Origin: Hyphomicrobiales bacterium
GTDB taxonomy: Bacteria; Pseudomonadota; Alphaproteobacteria; Rhizobiales; Aestuariivirgaceae
Direction: 5' to 3'
Length of the DNA stretch: 64,000 bases
NCBI GenBank assembly: GCA_031430915.1
Contig: JANPCL010000110.1
Location: 1,204 to 65,203, forward strand
The position numbers and the translations under genes are program-made. Position 1 is the first letter of the stretch. Each line of letters begins with the position of its first letter. Of the stretch, positions 53,996-61,613 are shown piece after piece. The notes under the pieces were generated by a model. The model was not told the origin of the DNA, made no database searches, and worked only from the letters and a program-made list of their open reading frames with translations.

Positions 53996-54727
53996 ATGGA
54001 CATCATTCAAACACCAATGCGCCTGAGTTGGGCGGTGTCGGCAATTGCTCAACTCGCATTCGCCACATTCGCCTTTGCACAATCCGGCGAGGTCATTGCT
54101 TTTGGCGGTGGCTCGGCGGGTGTCAAAAACGCTTGCAGTGGCTGCCACGGTTTGACAGGCGAAGGTGACAAGGTCTTCGCACCACGGTTGGCTGGCTTGG
54201 ACCAAGGCTACTTGCGAAAGCAACTCGATGATTACGCCAATGGGCGCAGACGTCACACCCTCATGACGGCGGTTGCAAAACGTCTGAACGCCGACGACCG
54301 TGCGAGTGTTGCGCACTATTATTCGGAGTTGGCAATTCCGAGCAACGCTTTGCTCCATCCCAACATCCCTTTCAATATTCTGTACCACCAAGGTGACCCG
54401 ACCCGTGGATTACGCGCCTGTGCTGCTTGCCACGGAAAAAATGGTGAAGGTGTTGGGGTCGCAAATCCTGCTTTGGCCCAACAGCCCGCAAAATACATCG
54501 GAGAGCAATTGCAATCCTGGAAACGGGGGGACAGGCAAAATGATCCCCTGCACGTCATGCTGCTGATCAGCCAGCCTTTGACCGATGCTGAGATCGAGGC
54601 GCTCGCCTCCTATGTGTCTGCTTTGCCGGGGGTTCATCACCAGCCAGAACAGGCAACATTCCCACCAGAACATCGTGCCGATCCCAGAAATGATGCTTCA
54701 GTGCCGCTCCCGCGTGAACAGGAATAA
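53996..54727 (+). CDS. Dihaem cytochrome c (c4-like)
   Basis: The start is placed at MDIIQTPMRL (signal peptide ..AFAQS). Two haem motifs are present (CSGCH, CAACH). The 3' tail overlaps the convergent b561 gene. Confidence 0.8.
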   Translation: MDIIQTPMRLSWAVSAIAQLAFATFAFAQSGEVIAFGGGSAGVKNACSGCHGLTGEGDKVFAPRLAGLDQGYLRKQLDDYANGRRRHTLMTAVAKRLNADDRASVAHYYSELAIPSNALLHPNIPFNILYHQGDPTRGLRACAACHGKNGEGVGVANPALAQQPAKYIGEQLQSWKRGDRQNDPLHVMLLISQPLTDAEIEALASYVSALPGVHHQPEQATFPPEHRADPRNDASVPLPREQE

Positions 54728-55232
54728 TTAGCAGTAGCAGCCAAATCAGCGCATGGTGGGTCGCATCCGCCCAGTACAAAATTTGGTTTTTGGTTTCGAA
54801 CGCTAAGGCGTCGAATGCAATTGGTGCAATGGAGAATATACCAAGGCCGATACGATCACCTTCGGCAAATGCCGACCATGTCAAGTATCCGCTTAACGGC
54901 AAACCGATAAAGCACAGATAAAATGCGCCATGCGTGATGTGCGATAGCGTTGTTTGAAAACCGAGGGCATCAGCGTCATTGACCGGACCCGGAATGAGAA
55001 TCCGCCACACCAAACGCAGGGCTGACAGCACCAGCGTCACCAATCCCAATACCATATGAAAGTCGAACATTGAGAGTTTCCACGCTCCCACATCAACGCG
55101 CCCCATCAGCCACCCAATAGCCAGCATTGCCACAATGACAACTGTCATTCCCCAATGGAACGTAACACCAACCGGCGAATAGCGACGCTTTGATGTATGG
55201 GTTTTGGCCCAGGTCCGAATTTTCTTCAGCAT
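54567..55232 (-). CDS. Cytochrome b561 family protein
   Basis: 221 aa with four TM helices and conserved His positions (FHWGM, FHMVLG, ITHGAFY, THHALIW). Confidence 0.8.
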   Translation of the reverse strand: MLKKIRTWAKTHTSKRRYSPVGVTFHWGMTVVIVAMLAIGWLMGRVDVGAWKLSMFDFHMVLGLVTLVLSALRLVWRILIPGPVNDADALGFQTTLSHITHGAFYLCFIGLPLSGYLTWSAFAEGDRIGLGIFSIAPIAFDALAFETKNQILYWADATHHALIWLLLLIIPVHAGAALKHHFWDRHDVLVGMLPVLAGDEPPAKQTHRRRAPRSQHRSKAG

Positions 55233-55978
55233 CAGTGAACAGGCTCACGACGATTCAGCACGCCGGCAAACATGGCAAGCGCTACGGCGAGATAAATCCA
55301 CGACCCGCCAAGCCACATAACAGCACCTGCAAGCTGCTGGTCCGCCAAAGCAGTGAGACCCCAAGCATCTGTCGTCAATATGTGTGGCGCATAAAGCGGT
55401 GTGGTGGAAAACGTCAGCAACGCTCCGAGCAAACCCATTTGCATCATCGTCACAAGAAGTATGAGAATTGCCATAGGCGGTGGCGCTGCTCTGACACCAA
55501 GCCAAAGCAGTACCGCGCTCCCGGTAAGAGTGAACTGCATGACCCAATACATCACGTCGGAGGTTAAAACCGATTCATAAACTGCTGGAAAGTGCCAAGC
55601 CCAAAATATCGCGCCGTGAAGCGCAGCTGCCAGAATGGAGAAGAAGATACCCTTTGATCTAGGCTTCGGGAGTGAAAAGACGATCAATGGAGCGATGACA
55701 CTGGTAAGAAAAACATGATGCGCAACCCGGACCGAGAACAGCGCCGATGCCAATGCGCAGAAAGGAGATATGAAGAGAATACCCATCAACATATACGCCA
55801 GCACCAATCCATTTCGGCTTTGAATGAGCTGTGGCCTTTGTTGCAATACCAGTAGGCTAACAGATAAGGCCACGGCAAGAACCAACCAGAGGACAGGGTC
55901 AAAATTCCAACGCGAAAGCAACTCGGCAGGTAAAGGTGCCGAACCGCAATAGGGTGTCCACAGTTTGTTGCTATCCAT
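55232..55978 (-). CDS. Cytochrome c oxidase assembly factor CtaG (caa3-type)-like membrane protein
   Basis: 248 aa, polytopic. The family call rests on topology, context and memory. It shares 1 nt with the b561 start. Confidence 0.6.
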   Translation of the reverse strand: MDSNKLWTPYCGSAPLPAELLSRWNFDPVLWLVLAVALSVSLLVLQQRPQLIQSRNGLVLAYMLMGILFISPFCALASALFSVRVAHHVFLTSVIAPLIVFSLPKPRSKGIFFSILAAALHGAIFWAWHFPAVYESVLTSDVMYWVMQFTLTGSAVLLWLGVRAAPPPMAILILLVTMMQMGLLGALLTFSTTPLYAPHILTTDAWGLTALADQQLAGAVMWLGGSWIYLAVALAMFAGVLNRREPVH

Positions 55979-55997
55979 CCCAATTCATTCGCTAGTC

Positions 55998-58106
55998 CTA
56001 GGCGAGACGACGAACACCGTGTTCGCGCGCGTAAAATCTTTTTGCAGCGGCCGTTGTAAAGTCCTTGCCAAGATCGGTCACACCTTCGTCAGCTACGACA
56101 CCTGCTTTCGTCAGAAGTGATTGTGCTTCGGGCATCGCACCGATAGCTTTCAAATGACCAAAGGCGTCCATGACAAACTGCACCGCCGCACCCTCTTTGC
56201 ACAGAGCTTGGGCCGCCGCTTCCGTCAACACCAGAGCGATGGCGTCCACGGTACAGGACGGAGTACCCGCCAATTGTCCATCTGCATCCATGATACCTTC
56301 GGTCGTTTTGATGCCTTTCAACTTTGGAGCAATCAACACCATTTTTCCGCCTTCACGCTCAATCGCGGTTTTCAAAACTTTGATAATTTTTGCATCTGAT
56401 CCATCATCAAACAACACACCTACTTTCCGTCCCTTCAGCGTCATCATTTGACTTTTTACAATCGAAAGTGCATCGGACACTTTCATATCTAGAACTGGTG
56501 CAGCGGACTCAATACGCTTTGGCAAATCAATGCCAAGGCCTTTCGCAACTCGCTTGGCGAGCCCGTCATCAACATTGCGAAGCTGGCCCAATACCCGCTC
56601 TTGAACATGGGCAAGTTTGACTTTCGACAATTCAAATACGAGCGCAGATGCCATGTGGGCCTGCTCAATTTCAGTTTGGGATTTATAAAACATGCGCGGT
56701 TGGCTGAAGTGATCGGCAAATGATTCAGGCCTAAGCCGCAGTTTGTGACGTGGATCGTTACGCTCAGCGTTCTCAGCGTACGTTACAAAACGTTGCTGCA
56801 CCTCACGCGGTCCCGGCGGTTCACCAGCCTCAGCCAAGCTGTTTGGCTCGTAATTTGCACGGCCTTTTGGCACTTGCGTTTGCATCATGCCGTCTCGTTG
56901 AAAGTTCATCACAGGACACTTTGCAGCATTGATCGGAATCTGATGAAAGTTCGTGGTTCCCAGACGCGACTTCTGCGTATCCAGGTAACTGAACAAGCGG
57001 CCTTGCAGCAGCGGATCGTTGCTGAAATCGATACCAGGCACAATGTTAGTTGGCATGAATGCCACTTGTTCTGTTTCCGCAAAAAAATTATCGGGATTGC
57101 GGTTGAGTGTCATTGTGCCCACAAGTTGGATTGGCAACACCTCTTCCGGGATGAGTTTTGTGGCGTCTAAAACGTCATAGGCAAGTGTCGCTGCGAATTT
57201 TTCGTCGAACACCTGTACGCCCAAGTCCCACTGTGGAAAATCACCTGCATCAATGGCCTCATATAAGTCACGACGATGGAAATCATTGTCTGCTCCCGCC
57301 AATTTCACAGCTTCGTCCCAGACTGTTGATTGCAGGCCCAAACGAGGCTTCCAATGGAATTTCACAAAGCTGGGTCGGCCTTCGGCATTCACAAATCTGA
57401 AGGTATGCACACCAAAACCTTCCATCATGCGCAAGCTGCGCGGAATGGTGCGATCTGACATCGCCCACATGATCATGTGCATCGATTCTGGTGTGAATGA
57501 GATAAAATCCCAGAATGTGTCATGGGCGCTTGCGGCCTGCGGATAGCCCTTATCCGCCTCCATCTTCACAGCATGAACAAGGTCTGGAAACTTAATTGCG
57601 TCTTGAATGAAAAAAACCGGAATGTTGTTACCAACAAGATCCCAATTGCCTTCTTCTGTATAGAATTTTGTGGCAAAACCTCGCACGTCGCGCGGTGTAT
57701 CAACTGATCCCGCACCACCGGCTACGGTGGAAAAACGCACAAATACCGGACACTCTCTTCCCTTCTTTTGAAGAATGTGCGCGCGTGTAAGTCCAGGAAT
57801 AGCATGTGTGCACACAAAGGTACCGTGAGCACCTGAGCCTCGAGCATGCACAATACGCTCTGGAATGCGCTCATGGTCAAAGTGAAATATTTTCTCGCGA
57901 AGAATGAAATCTTCCAGCAGGATTGGTCCGCGTTCACCGGCCTTCAAACTATTCTGGTTGTCACTGACAGCATGACCGAAATTGTCCGTCAGCGATGGTG
58001 CTGGCGATTGCTGGTGCGTTTCCCCGCCGTTTCCCGACGATTGAATGATTGGCTCTGAACCATCGCTCATCTTCATGATTTCACTCTCAAAAAAACCAAA
58101 CTTCAA
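55998..58106 (-). CDS. katE: Large-subunit monofunctional catalase (HPII type)
   Basis: 702 aa. The catalase core ([27 protein letters not shown], NxxxxPxxxFxxRxxSY region) is followed by a flavodoxin-like C-terminal domain. The start may be an internal Met (MKMSDG). Confidence 0.9.
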   Translation of the reverse strand: MKFGFFESEIMKMSDGSEPIIQSSGNGGETHQQSPAPSLTDNFGHAVSDNQNSLKAGERGPILLEDFILREKIFHFDHERIPERIVHARGSGAHGTFVCTHAIPGLTRAHILQKKGRECPVFVRFSTVAGGAGSVDTPRDVRGFATKFYTEEGNWDLVGNNIPVFFIQDAIKFPDLVHAVKMEADKGYPQAASAHDTFWDFISFTPESMHMIMWAMSDRTIPRSLRMMEGFGVHTFRFVNAEGRPSFVKFHWKPRLGLQSTVWDEAVKLAGADNDFHRRDLYEAIDAGDFPQWDLGVQVFDEKFAATLAYDVLDATKLIPEEVLPIQLVGTMTLNRNPDNFFAETEQVAFMPTNIVPGIDFSNDPLLQGRLFSYLDTQKSRLGTTNFHQIPINAAKCPVMNFQRDGMMQTQVPKGRANYEPNSLAEAGEPPGPREVQQRFVTYAENAERNDPRHKLRLRPESFADHFSQPRMFYKSQTEIEQAHMASALVFELSKVKLAHVQERVLGQLRNVDDGLAKRVAKGLGIDLPKRIESAAPVLDMKVSDALSIVKSQMMTLKGRKVGVLFDDGSDAKIIKVLKTAIEREGGKMVLIAPKLKGIKTTEGIMDADGQLAGTPSCTVDAIALVLTEAAAQALCKEGAAVQFVMDAFGHLKAIGAMPEAQSLLTKAGVVADEGVTDLGKDFTTAAAKRFYAREHGVRRLA

Positions 58107-58166
58107 TTTATTCAGCGCGAATACACACGTTGGCTGACGTGTTAGGTCGAACGCAAATGCTTGTGG

Positions 58167-58403
58167 TCACACACCCATGCCCACGGCGTAAGCGAGCAGA
58201 GGACCAAGCATCATTGTGGAAGCCAGCACAGCTGCCGCAATGTCCAAACCTTCGAAGTAGGAAGAGTTTGAATGGTCAGAAACATATCTCGGTTGCAAGA
58301 TCGAGCTTGGTCGGTTGGGCTGCAAAATTTGCTCGTTCTCAAAAATATTGTTCTCGAATCGTGAGTGCTTTTGATTTTCAAATTCAGTTCCAGGGACGTC
58401 CAT
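58167..58403 (-). CDS. Hypothetical 78-aa protein with a C-terminal TM helix
   Basis: The start moves to MDVPGTEF (AAGGA RBS) because the promoter lies within the longer ORF. It sits directly upstream of katE. Confidence 0.5.
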   Translation of the reverse strand: MDVPGTEFENQKHSRFENNIFENEQILQPNRPSSILQPRYVSDHSNSSYFEGLDIAAAVLASTMMLGPLLAYAVGMGV

Positions 58404-58445
58404 GATCTGTGTCCTTTCAACGTTGCATTTCAAAGTACGGCCAAG

Positions 58446-58470
58446 AACGTCTTCGTTTGAGAAAAGTTCC
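58446..58470 (-). promoter_or_regulatory. EcfG-type general-stress promoter (perfect GGAAC-N16-CGTT)
   Basis: Sense strand GGAAC-ttttctcaaacgaaga-CGTT, ending 42 nt before ATG 58403. Confidence 0.6.
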
Positions 58471-58703
58471 TCGCCTCCGACGATTGAATGGGATACAGGT
58501 CCTGCTGTTAAATGTACGTGAGTGAACTGCCTTTGAAGTGTTTCTCTTGGACACCGGAACCTATCCGTAGATGAGCACGTTGAAGGGTCACGACGTAGAT
58601 TTCTCGGAAATATCATTCACTTTAAACTGGAGACCCAAACCACATGCGTAAACTCATTTCTGCAGTGAGAGCACGGGGGGGCGAAATTCTTGACGGAGGT
58701 GCG

Positions 58704-58775
58704 ATGTTGAAAGTGCTTGTCGTTTCGATGGCCCTTGTGGTCGTAGCCTTTGTTATCGTCGCCATGAACGCGTGA
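58704..58775 (+). CDS. 23-aa hydrophobic peptide (MLKVLVVSMALVVVAFVIVAMNA)
   Basis: Too short for the ORF track. GGAGG lies 4 nt before the ATG, and an in-frame upstream ATG at 58644 would give 43 aa. It ends 42 nt before the MgtC-family gene. Confidence 0.35.
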   Translation: MLKVLVVSMALVVVAFVIVAMNA

Positions 58776-58817
58776 ATATTGATGTATAACTTTTAAATTG
58801 TTCTGCACGTTTTAGCA

Positions 58818-59207
58818 TTGTCGGCAGCCTATGCGTTGGCATTGCCGATAGGTTGGGATCGAGAAAAAGAAAGTCGAAGCGCCGGTTTGCGCACATTTCC
58901 ACTTGTCGCTCTCGCAAGCTGCGGATTTATTCAGGAGACAGAAGCACTGCTGGTCAATGCGCCCGAGGGTACAGCGCGTGTCGTTGAAGGTGTCATCACC
59001 GGAATAGGGTTTATCGGCGGTGGCGCCATTTTGAAGCTCGGCGCTCCAGTGCGTGGCACTGCTACTGCAGCTAGCATTTGGGCTACAGGTGCCATCGGCA
59101 CAGCGGTTGGCCTTGGAAGTTTTGATGTTGCCGTCACAATCGCTGTATTTACATTCATAACACTAAAGTTTCTCCCGATTTTTAAGGACGATTCAAATCA
59201 GGAATAA
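58818..59207 (+). CDS. MgtC/SapB-family membrane protein
   Basis: It shows a GWDREKESRSAGLRTFPLV...GIGFIGGGAIL...ASIWATGAIG pattern. There is no ATG start (TTG/CTG candidates only) and the N-terminus looks short. Confidence 0.65.
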   Translation: MSAAYALALPIGWDREKESRSAGLRTFPLVALASCGFIQETEALLVNAPEGTARVVEGVITGIGFIGGGAILKLGAPVRGTATAASIWATGAIGTAVGLGSFDVAVTIAVFTFITLKFLPIFKDDSNQE

Positions 59208-59255
59208 AACGACAGGTTTGCATTGAGATTCCAATTCATTAGTGAGGAGGCCAGT

Positions 59256-59280
59256 GGAACATTTTCTGTCCCCAATCGTT
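59256..59280 (+). promoter_or_regulatory. EcfG-type general-stress promoter (perfect GGAAC-N16-CGTT)
   Basis: GGAAC-attttctgtccccaat-CGTT, ending 31 nt before ATG 59312. Confidence 0.6.
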
Positions 59281-59311
59281 GCAGTTCACACCCGTGGAAA
59301 GGACAACGATC

Positions 59312-59569
59312 ATGAAAAAAACTGAGAAGAAATTGACGCAACCTGAAGCGTTGGCGCAATTTGGTAAAAGCGCACGAAGCGACAGCAAAAAAGTTCCGCA
59401 GCCAGGTTTGACTGCTGATCAGGAAACAGCGCCGGTGCCAACAGACCTAAAACTTAAACAAAGTGCGGCGACCAAAGTATTGCGCGAAGGCGTGTTCCAC
59501 CGTGACGAAGGCTCTCATGAGGAGATCGCCAAATTACCTGATCGCATCACCAAAGATCGCAGCCGGTGA
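59312..59569 (+). CDS. Hydrophilic hypothetical protein
   Basis: 85 aa, Lys/Glu/Pro-rich. The start is placed at MKKTEKK downstream of the promoter. Its stop overlaps the GTG of the next gene (GTGA). Confidence 0.5.
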   Translation: MKKTEKKLTQPEALAQFGKSARSDSKKVPQPGLTADQETAPVPTDLKLKQSAATKVLREGVFHRDEGSHEEIAKLPDRITKDRSR

Positions 59570-60779
59570 TTACTGAAAAGCGCGATTTAAGAACAGGTAG
59601 GCCGCTTTGGCTGTCTAAGCCTGTGCCGTGGCTTAAACACTTTACACGGCTGGTCCCGTTGAAGCCAGATGTTGTGGTTATTGGTACTGGCGTATCTGGT
59701 GCGCTGATGGCCGATGCATGTTGAATGGAGGTTTTACAGTTCTTGCGTTGGACCGCCGTTCGCCCACGTCAGGGTCCACGCCCGCGAGTACGGCCTTGAT
59801 ACAATCAGAACTCGACATGCCCTTGACGGAACTGCAACGGAAAATTGGCAAGTCAGACGCTGCACGGACATGGCTTAGTTCGGCGCAAGCTGTTCAATCA
59901 CTGGCTGATCGCATCTCGGATATGAATATCACGTGTAACTTTGTTCCACGCGCCACGCTCTACTTGCCAGGAAATATTCTTGATGTTTCCGCGTTAAAGC
60001 TGGAAACTCACGAGAGCGTCAAAATTGCCTTTCGTTCGCGCTTTACATCCAAGGACGAACTTCACACCTTGAGTGGATTGTCGCAACCTGCCGCAATTTA
60101 CACACAAGGAATTGGCGAACTGGACTCCGTGAAATTTGTAGCCGGACTTTGGAGAAGTTTTATAAATCGCGGCGGCACAATGGTCTCGGACTGTGAAATC
60201 GCAGAGATTGATGAGACACGCAACTGGGTAAAACTTAAAACCAACGACGGTCGTACAATTCAGTGCAATCATGCCGTCTTCTGCACGGGTTATGAACGTC
60301 TCACGTTTTTTAAGCCAAAGGGATTCAAAGTTATTTCAACGTGGGTCTTGGCGACCAAGCCAAAAAAGAAAGTTTTGTGGCCTTCAAAAAGTTTAATCTG
60401 GCAGGCATCGGATCCATACCTCTATTTGCGCACGACACACGATGGACGCGTTATTGTTGGCGGCGAGGACGAACCATTTTCAGACGATGAAAAGCGCGAT
60501 GCAATGATTGGAACAAAAGTCCAAACGATCGCGCGGAAAGCCAAACGCCTTTTCCCCAATATTGATTTCACCCCCGACTTTCAATGGGCGGGGAGTTTTG
60601 GTGAAAGCCCAAATGGCTTACCCGCGATTGGCCCCATACCAGGGTACAAACGTAGCTACACCGTTATGGGTTTTGGTGGAAACGGCATAACATTCAGCAT
60701 GCTCGCGGCACAATTGGTGTCGCGGAACATTCAAGGAATTTCTGATGCTGATGACGAGCTTTTCAAACCAATGGATTAG
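59566..60779 (+). pseudogene. FAD-dependent oxidoreductase (DAO family), frameshifted
   Basis: The dinucleotide-binding motif DVVVIGTGVSGALMADA is in the frame starting at GTG 59566 and stops at 59722-59724. The rest of the enzyme (GFTVLALDRR...) continues in another frame from about 59718. Confidence 0.6.
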
Positions 60780-61264
60780 AGCGCAATTTTTCCCTGTTGC
60801 TTGTCAGACACATCAGGCGTCTTACCGCTGAGATAAGCCTTGGCTGCCTCGAACACGTAACTTATGCCCTGCATCCCTGAGTTATCCCAGTATTCTGCAT
60901 TAACAGGTGAAATTTTCAGCATTCGAATTGAACAATCCGTTTTTCCTTCTGGAAACCATACCTACCAAGCTTCGGACTACAGCCTTTCAACAAGTGCAGG
61001 TTCTTTCACAACAACAGCAGTTCCATTCAGTGAGACAAAAGTCTTGCTGTTTTGAAAGATCAGAATGACGTCCGAGTCGTTTTGAATTTCTTTGACTTTG
61101 GCCGACGGTGCGGTAGTAACAAAATAGCGTTCACCTGATTTTGTAATTTCTGCAACACCCATGGGACGTGCATTGATGGACCCGTTCGCCACATATGTGA
61201 TCAACATTGCTGTGTCAAAGCCTTCCAGCAATGCGTGCAATTGATTTTTTGAGGAATGGGTCAC
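60776..61264 (-). pseudogene. Pyridoxamine-5'-phosphate-oxidase-like general stress protein (GSP26-type), two in-frame TAG codons
   Basis: One frame reads ...ALVERL*SEAW*VWFPEGKTD...AEYWDNSG...GKIAL, with TAG at 60977-60979 and 60962-60964. Read through, it gives a normal ~162-codon family member. Confidence 0.7.
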
Positions 61265-61303
61265 GGTTATTCTCCTCTTTAGGCGTTGCTATTCGCATCA
61301 ATA

Positions 61304-61328
61304 GACGTTCTTTTGAGCGAATTGTTCC
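61304..61328 (-). promoter_or_regulatory. EcfG-like promoter, near match (GGAAC-N16-CGTC)
   Basis: Sense strand GGAAC-aattcgctcaaaagaa-CGTC, ending 39 nt before ATG 61264. Confidence 0.35.
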
Positions 61329-61377
61329 TCACATTGCGGCCCCGCAGGCGATAGCAGTCAAGGGCCGGTAAAACTAC

Positions 61378-61402
61378 GGAACCAATTCTCTTCCCATACG
61401 TT
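61378..61402 (+). promoter_or_regulatory. EcfG-type general-stress promoter (perfect GGAAC-N16-CGTT)
   Basis: GGAAC-caattctcttcccata-CGTT, ending 37 nt before ATG 61440. Confidence 0.6.
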
Positions 61403-61439
61403 TTTGAGGTCAATTCTAACTCAAGGAAGGAATTTGAAA

Positions 61440-61517
61440 ATGCGCGGAGCTCTTTTATGGTTGGTTGGCATTCCCATTCCTGTCATCATCGGCCTCTATC
61501 TGTTCGGATTTTTTTGA
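61440..61517 (+). CDS. 25-aa hydrophobic peptide (MRGALLWLVGIPIPVIIGLYLFGFF)
   Basis: Too short for the ORF track. It has an AAGGAAGG RBS and a perfect EcfG-type promoter upstream. Confidence 0.45.
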   Translation: MRGALLWLVGIPIPVIIGLYLFGFF

Positions 61518-61613
61518 CGTCTATCTGAATCCATTGCCCTCGGCACGGGCAATGAATTCAAAAACTTACAGAGTTTGCAACATTGCCGACAGCGAATAAC
61601 TGCAACGTCTTCG

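Noticed and set aside
60776-60779. Convergent genes whose stop codons overlap (TAG of the oxidoreductase at 60777-60779, TAA of the GSP26-like gene at 60776-60778)
   Set aside because: This is real in the sequence, but both genes are pseudogenes and the tail-to-tail overlap is only 2-3 nt. No functional significance is inferred.
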